Shown: piece by piece, positions 50,641 through 63,400 of the stretch
Layout: every line of letters begins with the position of its first letter
Position numbering within the stretch: position 1 is the first letter of the stretch
NCBI GenBank assembly: GCA_013239625.1
Contig: MU054220.1
Span: forward strand, 6,556,626 to 6,620,625
Reading direction: 5' to 3'
Length of the DNA stretch: 64,000 nucleotides
Source of the DNA: Lama guanicoe
Lineage: Eukaryota
The notes under the pieces: model-generated
Seen by the model: the letters and a program-made list of their open reading frames with translations, nothing else
Database searches by the model: none
What the model was told of the DNA's origin: nothing
Program-made: the position numbers and the translations under genes

Positions 50641-52054
50641 TAACTGAGTTATGTTTTTGATCCCAAAAAGCAGGTTTCTTCTCCCAGATGAATCAATCAA
50701 TTAAAAAGACAGGTTGCTTTCCATATTACAATAAAAGAACACTGACTCCAAATTCACTATAAGTACTTCTTTAATTGGTCTTTTATGTAGATTTTCAGTC
50801 TTCCTCAAAGTATGTTTTATGTTGCTGTTTTGTACCCTTATTGACAGATAAAGAAAATCACCCTGAATCTTGTATTTCCTATCTCTGAGAAGCCATTTAG
50901 TTCAACTTCTCCATTTATATATTAGAAAATGGCCTTTATTAAAACAATATATGTTAAAAAAATAAGCAATAGAGGATCATATTATCTACTGAAAAGTCAA
51001 GAAGAAGAGGCATTCAATCAATTCACTGTAATTGGTGATTTGATGGTAGATGGTTGGTTATAAGTTAAAACCATAGTTTACTCAGGTCTTTGGACTAGAA
51101 ATGGCGTTATTTCTCAGTGCCATATTCTAATCAGCAACTGTGACGTTTTAGTCTAGTGCAGAGTTTGAGGAAACAGTTACATTTGAGTATCTTCCAGCAA
51201 TACCACTGGATGTTTAGCAGTTTTTAAAAACTTTGATTTATTTGCTAAAGAACAGTTTGAAACAACAACAGCAAAGCATCTTTCTTGAAAGCTCCCTTCT
51301 CTGAGTGTCTTCTGTCTGATTGGGAGTAAGTGTATGTTCTCTGTTCAGTTTCCTACCTTTGCCTCCATGCTTATTGTAAGCTGCCCGGTGAATGTTTATC
51401 TATTCAAATTAAATATCCTTCTCTGCAGAGAATTGCTGTATTGTTCACCTCAAAAATATGGGAGATAATTAATCTTCCTTTCTATCGCAGCTGAAAGTCT
51501 GTATGAGGGAATGGTAACCGGGGGTGAATGCTAGTCGTGGGCGAATGCTAGTCGTGGGCATAGGGATTCCAAAGCCAACGAGGATCCAAAAGTGCACAGG
51601 AAGGGATTTGAGTCAGACCTATGATTCAAAACTGGATTAGCAACTCATATTTGCTATCACACATTTTTGTCTGATGACTATTCTAATCTTAACTAATGAA
51701 TAGTTCCAGTCACTCTAATATATGATTCAGTGAACAGTGCAAATGACTTAACATGGCAATTAAGTTCTGAAACTCCCTGACGCTGGGATTACTAGAGCAT
51801 TCCCCATCAGAGGAGACAAGTAGAAATTACTGTGCTAAAACCATTTCAGTTAAAAAACAGTGACTATTCTTTTGAGCTCAAATGGTTAAAACTGCAAAGG
51901 CTTTTAACATTTTAAATAGGAAAAGCATGAAAAGAGATGTAACCCCTTTTAAAATCACCTCAACATGGGCCTTGACTGAGTTGACTAACTCAGTACTTTC
52001 CAATCGAGAAGTCTCTGGGGCTCTTCAACTGAGTGTAGTTCATTCAGTTTCTAT

Positions 52055-52582
52055 TTATATTATTTATGTATTTCTGTTTTACAGTATTACCAAAAACTTA
52101 GCAATTAAAAAAAAAACATATGCTTATTATCTCACTGTCTCTCTGGATCAGGACCTCAGGCACAGCTTAGCTGCATTTTCCATTTCAGAGTTTCACAAGG
52201 AGGCCAGCAAAGGTTTTAGGCAGGTCTTGGGTGTCATCTGGCTTTGACTGGGGAAGGATCCTCTTCCAAGCTCACTAACCAACCTGTAGGACTAAGGGTC
52301 TCAGTTTCTTGCTGTCAGCCAGAGGCCACCCTCAGTTCCTTGCCACGTGGGTGCTTCATCACGGCTGCTTCATCAGAGTCAGCAAGAGAGAGTCTCCCGG
52401 CAAGAGGAACATTTACTCTTATGTAATGAATGCAAGGCAGTGACATCCCTTCACCTTTGCCAGAATATACTGATTGGGAGCAAAGCCTGAGTCCTGCCCG
52501 CACTCAAGGGGAGGGGTGACCAAGGGCAGGAGTACCAGGAGGCAAGGATAATTGGTAGTCATCTTAAAATTTTCTGCCCTAC
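52055..52582 (-). mobile_element. ERVL-MaLR solo LTR (MLT1F-like)
   Basis: ggggaaggatcctcttccaagctcact...ccagaggccaccctcagttccttgccacgtggg...cactcaaggggagggg...taccaggagg. Confidence 0.8.
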
Positions 52583-53099
52583 TTGCCTGTAAAATGAGAA
52601 TCAGTGTTTCTTGCCTGGTTTATGGCTCTGAACCAATAGAGCTAAGAAACTTGCTGTTTCATGTTCAGAAGCACAGATTTTCAATTTAAAATGCATTTGG
52701 TTTCTAGATCTAGTGATCTCTAGAATTAGGTTTTATGGATTGGTACAATTTAATGGAGAAGGGAGGAAAAAAACAAAAATGGGGAACTGATATAGGATTG
52801 CCAACTTTTATGAAAAATACATAAAAGAAAAATAAAAAAGCTAATATAATTATTAAAAAAAGACTGATTAAACACCAAAAAAGGACAAAAATCTCAGAAT
52901 ACAGACTATTCCTTTTATTAAATGAATATATTTTTATTTTAAATTTTTAGTTTTTGTTTGTCTTTACCATAGACTAGTGAGAAGTTAGTAACTTCACCAT
53001 TTCTCAGATTGGCATTTGGGAACTATTATAGCACAGAAATGAGATTTTTTTTAATAATTTAAGATGTATAATATGCTTAACTCCTAAAGAAGTTACCCA

Positions 53100-53260
53100 G
53101 ATTTACAACTTAAATATGGAGCAAAACGAAACTTTTAAATATGAAAGTGAACAGAGACCATTAAAGGAAGCAGAAGGAATAGACAATGCCAGATGCCAAA
53201 GAGAAGTGAGCGGAAAGTAGGGCACCAAATTTGGCTCTGAGGTCTTTGGCCATCAAGTTT
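53100..53260 (+). mobile_element. Possible L4 (RTE-X) LINE remnant
   Basis: gcaccaaatttggctctgag recalls the L4 3' region; short match only. Confidence 0.3.
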
Positions 53261-54799
53261 CCTTATGTAGATGACAAGTTTGGATAAGAGAATGTGTGAC
53301 TCTAACTAAGGAGAGATTATTTTTTCCTTGGACTTGAACTCAGTCAGAATTTAGCCCATGAGTTCTTCTGCTAGGGACTCTTGTCTTACAGCTTTCTAGA
53401 GTTTTGAGCAATGTCTCTAAATGGCATCCTTAATATTTAGAGGGAGTAATATTTTTCAAACTTCTTACCCTTCTTTATATCCTTTTAATCATTGTAGCCA
53501 TTGTATTACTCACAGTGGGTAGGGTGGCTAGAAGGGGCAGAGGCTGGGTAGGTACTCAGATACTACGTTTTGTACCAGGAATATGTGGTTATGATTATCT
53601 TACCTAATACAAAGCAGAACCTAGAGGATTTAATAAAAGGTGAACCCAATAGGCAGACTGGGTGGTTTAGGCAATTATAATTTCCTCTGTCTCTAGGAAA
53701 TCTGATAATTAAAAAAAGTAAACTCTTTTTTATGTACAATTAACATGATCATTTTTTAAAGGTCAATTCACTCTTCTTTGTTTGTTCTTAATGATTATAT
53801 TGGATGCGAGGGCATGCTATGCTGTTGGCCTAAAGTGAAGAAAGAGGAGAAAGATTCCGTAATGTAGAGGCCAGTGGTTTAGAGTGGACGAGAGAGATAA
53901 GGTAGGATTTGACAAAGAGGCCCAGGCAGGCAAGAGAAACGCAGCTAGGAAAGCTCACCTTGGAGAATAGCAGAGGAAGAATCACAGAACCACAGCATCG
54001 CAAAGCCAATCACTGGAATAGAAAGAAGAGGAGAATGGAGCCCAGACAATCACTGAAGAGCATGGTTTGGGAAGATATCACAGGGGTCGGTTTTAAAAAA
54101 TAAATAAATAACCATAATAGGCTATTAGGATATAACTGATTTTTGTTTTCTTCCCCGAGACCCTTGGAGGGGCTGAGTTCCAGATGTGCCTTTGGTAAAC
54201 TGAATTCTTCACGACAGCAGTGACTGAGGAAAGCAGGAGATTGCTGCAGCAGTTTAGAAGTAAGAGGAAAAGTGGAATTACCTCCTTGTTCCGTTTCTGT
54301 GCAGGTAGAAATCAGATTTGTTTAGGCTAATAAAAAATGTATAAAAGACTTGATATCATATTCATCGTCCACTCCTTTGCAGTTCAAATACGCAAAGAAG
54401 TAAAAGGAACGGAAGATGATCTAGATCAGTAAAATCATCAGCATTTACGTGTTAACGGTCCCAAGAGATCTTTCTGCGGTAGAACAACAGAGAGCTTTTG
54501 AAACTGAGGATACAGATTTATATCCAGAGCTCATGAAATTGCGGTGTCAAACAGCAGGATGCATAGTACTTTGCAGAAAGCTGGAGATTTTTTTTTTTCA
54601 TGAAGAGAGGAGTCTCAGAGATTCCAACTCACTCAGCTAGGAGAAACTCTAGAATGTAAATTTATCACAAGATCCCAGGGATTGTCTGATGCTCAAAAGA
54701 TCAGAAAGACATTGTTTTTGAGGAAGCATAGCCTTAAATTACTCTGGAGGCAATTACTTGTTTGCAGGTCTCAGCAGCCAGAGAATCTAGAATTCATGT

Positions 54800-55040
54800 T
54801 AAGAACCACCACTTATTAAGTGCTACTATACTTTATATAGTTTATGTATTTACATGTAATTGACCTCAACACAACTGTCCAAGAAATATAACAGTATATC
54901 CAATTTACAGATAAGTACTCTTACACTGAGAGAGGTTAAGTCAATTTTTCACAGCTACAGAGCTATTAGGTGATGAAATTGTGATTCAAAATTAGTTCTG
55001 ACTGATTTCAAACACTGCACTCTTCTCCTCTGTGCTGTGA
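54800..55040 (-). mobile_element. MIR SINE
   Basis: ccacttattaagtgctactat...atttacagataag...agagaggttaagt...acagagctattagg. Confidence 0.7.
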
Positions 55041-55439
55041 TGCCACCCAGAATGCCTTGTTGGTATTAACTGCTAATACTAAGTACACTTGGAGTTATTA
55101 TCAGAAGAGATTGTAAAGATGAATCTATAAATTATTTCCTCCAAATCAGTAGAGTTTTCTTCCATATCCCATCTAATGAGTTGATCATGCTCATATGGGT
55201 CATTGGTAAATTCTATTTTATTCATTAAACAAAAATGTATTGATTGTCAACTGTGTACCAAATATTGTTATCAATACTTGGCAGACCAGCAAGACAAAAC
55301 CCAAGCATCTAGAACCTTCCATAATGTATTTCTAGCCACTCTGTCCTTGAAAGCCACCATCCAAATCACTGGATAGTGCCTGGGATACCACTCAGAACCA
55401 CATAAGCATTATCCCAATGCCCAGGATGGAGCATTTCCC

Positions 55440-55900
55440 CATTTTAGTAAATGCCAGGTAAATTCTGTTACTTCTAAATACAGAATTCATCTTAAGTCTG
55501 TACACTTCTTCTTGGCTTCACTTCCACTTGGTATAAACACCATGGCCTCTCATCTGAATTAATACAATACATCCTATACGGTTAATACAATAACTGTTTC
55601 TGATTCCCTCTTTGCTTCTATCCAAACCATTTTTAACATAACAGCATGCTGATGTAGCTGAGTTAACTGTTCAAAGCCTAAATTTACTGGGGATGTGTTA
55701 CTACTCCAGTCTCTCCAGTGGATCCCCATTGCGCGCAGTATAAGACTTACTCTTTGTGGTGGCCTGCCAAGCCCTGTATAATCTAGCCCCTAACTCTTGA
55801 AACTCATTACAGACAGTCTCCCCATTGTTTGCAATGCTTCAGTGACTCTGGCTTCTTCATTTATGACCCAGCAAGCCACTCCCTTTCCTGTTTTCAGGAC
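55440..55900 (+). mobile_element. L2 fragment
   Basis: ctctccagtggatccccattgc...ggcctgccaagccctgtataatctagcccc. Confidence 0.6.
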
Positions 55901-56429
55901 TTTAGACTTATTTTCTCTTCCAAGGGCACTCTTCCTCCCAGCAGGGTCCTTGCTCCCAACACAAGGGTCACTGCAATACCCATGACACCTAGGACGATGT
56001 CTATCAGAGAGCAGAAACTCAATTAATATGTATGGTATAAAGGAATCAAAGATCAAGGTTTTAAATCCTTACACTAAATCTATACTCATCACAAAATGGT
56101 ACCATAGAGCTTTCTGAGAGGAATGAAAGTGTCTCCAGGTAACATATTAAGCATTACACAAGGAGCACTAGAAATTTTCAAAAAAGTACTCCTTCAGGTG
56201 AAAAATAAATAAATAAATGCAAAAGGAATCCAAACTAAACTGAAAGTCTGAGCCCAAATATTTTATCTTCCGCATTCCCAGCACCCTTTGCTGGGTTGTT
56301 CATATTGCAGTTTATTCCCCTACTCACTTGCTTACATTTTCATGAATTCCTTTGTTTTTATTATCTACATCTTGAAAAGAAAAGGTTAAAAAAAAAAGTA
56401 CTCTACTGCCAAGGATTTTAGCATAAAGT

Positions 56430-56878
56430 AAGAAAGTTATGACAGGGACACAAATAAGCCAAGTATGAAGTTGAGAGGGGAATGCACTGTGTAAGAGATC
56501 TACTGATGAAATGCTTTGGGACATCAGAAAGAGGAGGGATACTCTAGAAAGGATGTGGAGGTTAGCTTTATAATTTGACCTCAAAGGACAAAGAACTCAA
56601 AAAATGTAGATGGATATATTCCAAGTACAGGGGCACCAGGAGGAAGGGAAACGAGGAGGAAGTCAGGGCAAGTTTGGTTTTTTTGGAACATAAGAGTTCA
56701 AGAGGAATAGTGAAAAACATAAATCGATGAGAATTGGGTTTGATTATACTTCATAGTCCTGACAAGCATTATTATAAATTAGATTTTAATTCTCTGATTA
56801 GTGTGGAGTCATCTGCATTTTTTGAACAGCCATTGGGTTTACCAAAGCTCTACACGAAGGAGACAAGCCTGGCTTATT
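56430..56878 (-). mobile_element. L2 fragment
   Basis: gaaatgctttgggacatcaga...tattccaagtacagggg...ttagattttaattc. Confidence 0.5.
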
Positions 56879-57261
56879 TTTCTCTGTTTAAAAATGTATT
56901 TTATTTTGTTATTATTTTTCATTGAAATATAATTCACATTCTATAACATTCATCATTTTAACATGCACAAGTTGGTGGGTTTTAGTATATTCACAACCTT
57001 CACTGCTATCTAATTCTAGAACATTTCCTCACCCCCAAAAAGAAACCCCATACCCATTAAACAGGCATCTCCCACTGCTCCCCTCTCCCCAGTTCCCAGC
57101 AAAACTAACCCACTTTCTATCTCTATAGAGTTGCCTAGTCTGGACATTTCTCATAGTTGGAATTACGTATTATGTGGCCTTTTGTGACTGGTTTCTTTTA
57201 CTTCATGTACTTTTTTTGGAGTTTATTCATTATGTGTTATATTTCAGAACTCCATTTCTTT

Positions 57262-57733
57262 TTTTTAATAGTTTTTTTAATTCTTATTTTTTATTGAAGT
57301 GAAGTCAATTACAATGTTAGTTTCAGGTGTATGACAAAGCAATTCAGTTATACATACACATACATACATATTTTTTTCAGTTTCTTTCCATTACAGCTCA
57401 TTACAAGAAATAGAATATAGTTCCCTGTGCTATATAATAGGTCCTTGTTGCTTATCTATTTTATATATAGTAATGTGTTTCTGTTAATCCCAAACTCCTA
57501 ATCTATCCCTCTCCCCTTCCTTTCATCCCTGGTAACCACAGATTTTCTGTATGTTCCTGAGTCTATTTCTGGTTTGTAAATAAAATTTGTGTTTTTTTTG
57601 ATTCTACATATAAGCAACATCATATGATATTTGTCTTTGTCTGACTGACTTCACTTAAAATGATAATCTCTAGGTCCATCCATGTTGCTGCAAATGACAT
57701 TATTTCATTCTTTTTATGGCCAAGTAATATTCC
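57262..57733 (-). mobile_element. Younger artiodactyl-type L1 3' end nested in L1MB
   Basis: T-rich tail, tttattgaagt...gaatatagttccctgtgctata...taggtccatccatgttgctgcaaatg; ttctttt on both sides. Confidence 0.88.
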
Positions 57734-57913
57734 TTCTTTTAAGCCTAATATTCCATTGTATGAATAAAATACATTTTAATTATTTATTCCTTAGTTGATA
57801 GACATTTTTTTTTTCCCCACTTTTTGGCTATTATGGATAATACAGCTATGAACATCCATTTCATTTTGTATGAACATAGGATTTCAGTTATCTTGGGCTA
57901 ATACCTAGAAGTA

Positions 57914-58335
57914 TGCTGAGGTTATAATGCAGAAATAGTGTGGACTCCCACCCCAAATTTGGCTTATGTGTGAAGGCTGATACTGCCACACATACAGCAG
58001 AGGGTATGAAAACTTTTATTACAATGAGACTTTCTGGGGAAAGCAAGACAGGCCTCCCAAGCTGGTCAAAAAATTACTTAAGTGAGAAAAAACGGGAGAC
58101 TGGCTTGGGGTTTTTATTGTGGTTAGGGAGTGGGGCTGGGGGGGTGGTTCCCACTCAAGGGAAGGAGGTTGAGTAGTTTGAATCTCTCATATCTCTCCTT
58201 GGTGCCAAAATAGGGAATACTCGGCCTTTCTTATCAGTCTGCCCAGGTGTGGGGTCCAAGGGGAAGAGGGAAGTGTGAGACTTAAAAGCTGTTGGCAGTC
58301 AAATATCAAAAAATGGAGTCAGAGTCTTTATTACA
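57914..58335 (-). mobile_element. ERVL solo LTR (MER74-like) nested in L1MB
   Basis: TG...CA termini; reverse strand starts tgtaataaagactctgactccattttttgatatttgactgcc; host L1 motif cctaggagtgg is split across it. Confidence 0.7.
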
Positions 58336-58560
58336 GAGTGGAGCTGCTAGATGTTACGGTGATTCTGTGTTTAGCTTTTTGAACTGTCAGACTGTTTTCC
58401 ACAGTGGCTACACCATTTGACATCACCGCCAACACAGTACGAGAGTTACAATTTCTCCAAATCCTTGTTATCCATTTTTTGTATGATTATTGTTGTTGTT
58501 GTTGTTATTACTATCATCCTAGTGGTATTAAGTTGTATTACATTGTGATTTTTATTTGAA

Positions 58561-58720
58561 TTTTTCTTTTCTTTTTTTAATTTTATTTTATTGAGTTATA
58601 GTCAGTTTACAATGTTGCGTCAATTTCCAGTGTAGAGCACAATTTTTCAGTTATACATGAACCTACATATATTCATTGTCACATTCTTGTTCACCGTGAG
58701 CCACCACAAGATCTTGCATA
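58561..58720 (-). mobile_element. Short young L1 3' end nested in L1MB
   Basis: T-rich tail, then ttattgagttatagtcagtttacaatgttg...ccacaagatcttg; related to 22180-22466. Confidence 0.8.
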
Positions 58721-59834
58721 ATGATGCAGAACATCTTTATATATATTATTTTCCTTTTGCATATTTCCTTTAGAGAAATATCTTTTCAAATCCTTCGCTG
58801 ATTTTAAAAATTGGGTTGTCTTTTTACTGTTGAGTGGTGAGAATTCTTTCTATGTTCTGAATACAAGACCTTTGTTAGATACATGATTTGCAAATATTTT
58901 CTCCTATTTTGTGAGTTGCCTTTTTGATTTCTTCGTGGAGTCCTTTGATGCAAAAGAAGTTTTAAATTTTGGTAAAGTCCTATTTATTTATTTTTTCAGG
59001 TGGTTGCTTTTCCCTTTTGGTGTCCTAGCCAAAAAGCTATTGTCTAATTTAACATGACTAACATTTATACCTATATCTCATTCTAAGGGTTTCATTTATA
59101 GTATTAGCTCTTACGTTTTATTCTTTTATCTGTGTTATTTTTGTATGTGGTTTGGTTGAAGGGGTGTAAGCTCATTATTCTGCATGTAGATATCCAAAGC
59201 CTGAGTAATCCTGATACTCACAAGGGTTATAGCCTCAATGTGCAAGTATCGTGGTTCCTGTGATAGTCTCTGCAAACCATATACTACAGCTGATCCCTTA
59301 TGTCAGCCAAATGGAAGTCACTTACCAAGCGTTTTGTTTGCTTTTATAGCCAAGAACTGTCACATTCTTAGACTACTCAGCATTCTTTTTAGTACAGATA
59401 TGAGAATGGGTAATTAACTTTGTTTTCTAAGCCGCCTTTCGCCAGGAACCTAAGTTTGTCACTTCCTGAGACTTACTGATCATAGCAGTGACCAGCAGCG
59501 AAAAATAAACAATACTGAAATGCAGGTGCTGGGTATTGGCTTGTCTCTCTCCCAAATAACTGATTCATTGATGTACAGTGGTCAGTCAGCCAATTTAAAT
59601 GTTTTTTAATAAAATTAGAAATAACTATAAGCCAGGGGTCTAAAGAATTGCTCTGGAATACTCCAAACGATGAGTGTTCTATCCCCAATTGCCATCACAT
59701 TTTTATCAAAAGTAATTTCTTTAATCTTCTCTTTGCCCTAGAGTCAGACACTGTTTGATATCTGTAGAGTTGGTTGCATGGCACATACATAATCTCTGAG
59801 CAAGGGTTCTGTTTTCATACTCCCTCTGGGGCCC

Positions 59835-60050
59835 AAGAATTAGAGTCAGAAAGGCATAATAAATGGTCCCTCCACTTATTAGCTGTGTGATTTAGGTTAC
59901 TTGCTCTCACCAAGTCTGTTTTTGTCTGTAAAAAAAGCCAATGAGATTTTCCTTGTACAGGGAAAGAAAGGAAATGAACCATGATGCAAAGCACCTAACC
60001 CAATACCTGACACTCCAAACACATTGGCAAGAGCTACAGTCGTATTGTTA
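59835..60050 (+). mobile_element. MIR SINE
   Basis: agagtcaga...ctccacttattagctgtgtga...ctgtaaaa...aaagcacctaacccaatacctgacac. Confidence 0.7.
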
Positions 60051-60904
60051 TAAAGATAATACATAATTCTTATTTTATGAGCATTTTCAAGAACAAATTA
60101 ACCACTAAAGCTTTTTGAAATAAAGATGTTAACCAACAGTATAGTCAGTTCAAATATTCATGCTAATACAGCAGAGCTAGTTTCTCTGCTCTGTTTGTCT
60201 TTCAACTGATTAACTCTCTGGTCTTCAGATCTTAGGAGTCAGGATGAAAAATAAAAGGCATACAATAGTTCTGTAAATTTTGTCTTTGTTACTTCTTTCT
60301 AGTAGATACAATGGCCATACATTGAGAAGGGTGATGTGAGTTTCGTATGTATGTAAAATTTACCATCTGGAAAATTAACATTATTTCCTGGAGTGTAAGA
60401 TACCCACAGGGTGCTCTTTGACTCACCCTCATCAAAGGTTCACTTCACTCACTGAGCTAGAAAAATAATTTCCAGGTGGAAGTTGGCCCCCTTCAACAGC
60501 TGGGCCTTCTCTGCATTATAGAGAGATTGCTAATCCAGTCTGGATGGGGACTCCTTGGCCCCCTCACATCACTGAGATGTTTTGTTTTCCCCACTGAAGC
60601 TGTGTGAACTCACCACTAGCCTCCTCTCATCTGTTTAACACCAAGGGAGCATGCATCTTCACTTGAAGTCAGCAGGAGCTCCCAGAAAAGAGGAACATTT
60701 GCACGTGGCAGATTAAAGGCACCAGCGTCAACCCGTCCTTCTGTCTCCATGGTCTGGATTACTCTACCCATTCAGTAGCAAATGTTGAGTAGTAATTATA
60801 TTTCTACTAACTTGCTTTCAAATGCCAGGAGGTTATAAATATTCCCATGGGAGTGAGACAGATTGGGGAAATGTAAAAAGAAAGTAAAAGGAAAGAGTGG
60901 GTCT

Positions 60905-61040
60905 CTTTTGATGCCAGTCATTAAGTCTGCTGCCTAGATTTGCCATTTAACCATTTAAGGTGCCTCAGTTTCCTCACCGACAAAATGAAGGCAATCAAGC
61001 AGAAAACTCATACGGTCTCTTCCGATTTTAAATTCTATAT
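60905..61040 (+). mobile_element. MIR3-like fragment
   Basis: gtgcctcagtttcctcaccgacaaaatgaagg. Confidence 0.55.
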
Positions 61041-62419
61041 ATGAGCCATCAAGGAGAAATATCCTTTGTCTTAGCATAAAGCTTACGAGATTCAGTGATA
61101 TCAGTATACAGTCTTGGCCAGTAAATGACAAACAAGGTGGGGGTGGAAATCAGTGCTGAGCAGTACTTTTCAAGAAATGCTTGTTGAAATGGATGACGGG
61201 AAGCATCTAACTAAAGCTGAAGACAAACGGACCTTCGTGAACTGTAAAGAGGGCTCAAGGTTACATAGTCAAGAGAGAACAATACACTTCAGGCGTTTTG
61301 CCTTACTTATTCCACATCCTGAAATGCCCTTCCAGCTTTTATGGTTGAACTATAGTGAACATATTCCAGAAGAGGCTTGGATTAATACAGCTTAATTCAA
61401 TCACACTAAATAAAATGAATTTTAAAGGTGATTTAAATGTCTTTTAGCTCATGGATTGATTAGTTTTAATGGGGAGAGCTTTAATACAGTTTTCTGTATC
61501 AGCGTATCATATAATTGCATTCTAAGTAAATTTGTGAAATTGGTAAATATTTGCTCTTCTTTGAACTTCTGAAATTGATAGTACATCATTTTTTGTTATA
61601 CCTGACCACAGGTTGTATGTATCGCCACCATTTACAGTGGTGAATTTCCTGATGGCAGTTACAGAATTTGATTCTCCGGTTGTTCTCACGAGGACCTAGC
61701 CCCCGCCTGGTCAAAGGGATACCCTTCCAGAAACTATTACTGATTATCTCTCACTTTTTGAATCAAGAAGCCAGTCAAGGTGAATTAGGGATATTTGGGG
61801 AAAGACTATTTCAAATGCATTGATTTCCTGAATTCTCCCTCCGTGCTAAACCACTGTCCAGATGACTGGTGGATTTTTGGCAGAAGCATTGTCTTACATT
61901 CACACCAAAGATTCACTTTGTTTATTTTGTGTACTCATATTGCTGCTTCCACCACTGTGACGTGGTGCAGTTCTTCTTCAATTCTTTCTCTAGTTGCTAG
62001 AATGTATCTACTCCCCCTTGCCCTTATGCAGAGTGCCACCAATAACATATTAGTCATATTGTCTAGCTCAGATTTTCCTGGGGACACGTGACACTCATAC
62101 TTTAGCTTGTAAGAGCTCACCCACAGGAAAGATGACGGTTTTCAGATTATCAAAATGCAGGAGTCTTCTTTCTACTGCTCTACATTGTGTGTCTGTAATA
62201 ATGAGGATGGGAGGGTTGGCGATACATTGTGTGATTTTGAAAAGTCATTTGACTTACCATTTTAAGGTTCTTACCCATCAAATGCGGACTATACATCCTT
62301 ATCTATCATGCTTGTGGTTGTAGGATTCAGGTGAGGAATATGCTGAAGTGCAGTAGAAATTGTGTAATATGGACTGTTTGTTATACATGATTATTTAGTA
62401 TCTGTGTGATTTTGCTTCT

Positions 62420-62667
62420 TTTATATCATGGTGATAAAAAGTGTGGAAAGTGATATTAGAGAGCTGTGGGTACAACACTTCATTGTATCACTTACTAACT
62501 ACATGAGCTTGGGTCATTTGTTTCATTCCTCTGAGACTCAGTTTCCTCATTTGTAAAATGGGCATAAGAATGACCATGGAGGTAATCTGGAGATTTAACT
62601 GAAATAATGGATGCAAGTCGTTTTGCCTGACATGGAGCGAAGACTGAAATGTTAGACGTTATTATTG
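62420..62667 (+). mobile_element. MIR SINE
   Basis: cacttactaact...ctctgagactcagtttcctcatttgtaaaatgggcataa...aatgttag...attatt; a second degraded MIR probably lies at about 62200-62400. Confidence 0.8.
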
Positions 62668-63350
62668 ACCTGGAAAGTAAGTGGAAAAAATAAGCCTTGA
62701 AAGAAACTTCCTTACACAGCAGATTTGAAGACTAGGAGTGACATTTCATGTTTTCAATTAAGAAAATGCCCTCGCCACATCCAGCATCTTGGGGAGACAG
62801 GAAAGAGCTGCTTATGATTCAATAACGTAGTCTTTTTACGCATGCTCATGGTGTGGCCTAAGTCTGTAAAGTTCAAGAGCCTTGAGGATTTGAGTTTCTC
62901 TTCCTAGGACCCACCTATTTGGGATCCAAGTCAACCTGAGAGAATCAGGTTCTTCTATGTCCCTTTCAGGCACTGATGAAATGAAAGAAGATGCAGCTCA
63001 ACCCTGTCAAACTGAATTAAACCCTTTCCTTTGTATTCCTTCTCATCATGCCAAAAGGTTCTACTCTTGTAGCATCTTTTTGGGTTTCAATCAGGCTTGC
63101 AGAAAACAAAGCAGCAAAAAAACAGGTGGCAATAGTTCATTGGAATGCAAAGGTGCAAACTAGGGACTCCTTTTATTTGGTAATTGTTTCAGGGTTCTCA
63201 ATTACCAGCCATGCCAATTAGAGCAAGATGAATGTCTTTCCATGTGGTGAGAACAGAAAGACAGCTGCTCATTTACTACTGGTCATTTGTGTCCGTGATT
63301 TGTCTGAGATTTTTTCATCTATTATTTCACCCAGGGAAGAAACATTTAAC

Positions 63351-63381
<31 letters not shown>

Positions 63382-63400
63382 AGAAGAAGAAGAAGAAGAA
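63351..63400. repeat. A29(GAA)7 polypurine tract
   Basis: Read directly from sequence. Confidence 0.97.

Larger units (their letters stand above)
56880..59196 (-). mobile_element. L1MB-type LINE 3' portion, split by three insertions
   Basis: 3' UTR ttctagaacatttcctcacccccaaaaagaaaccccatacccatta; collinear pieces resume after each insert (57735, 58336, 58721) through ORF2-derived sequence. Confidence 0.85.

Noticed and set aside
51491..51513. Plus-strand 23-nt micro-exon (ttcctttctatcgcag| ... ATG|gtaacc)
   Set aside because: Not frame-preserving, weak donor, peptide not recognised
60427..60456. Minus-strand 30-nt exon-like unit (ttatttttctag| ... |gtgagt)
   Set aside because: Stops in all three frames and no independent support; likely a pseudo-exon
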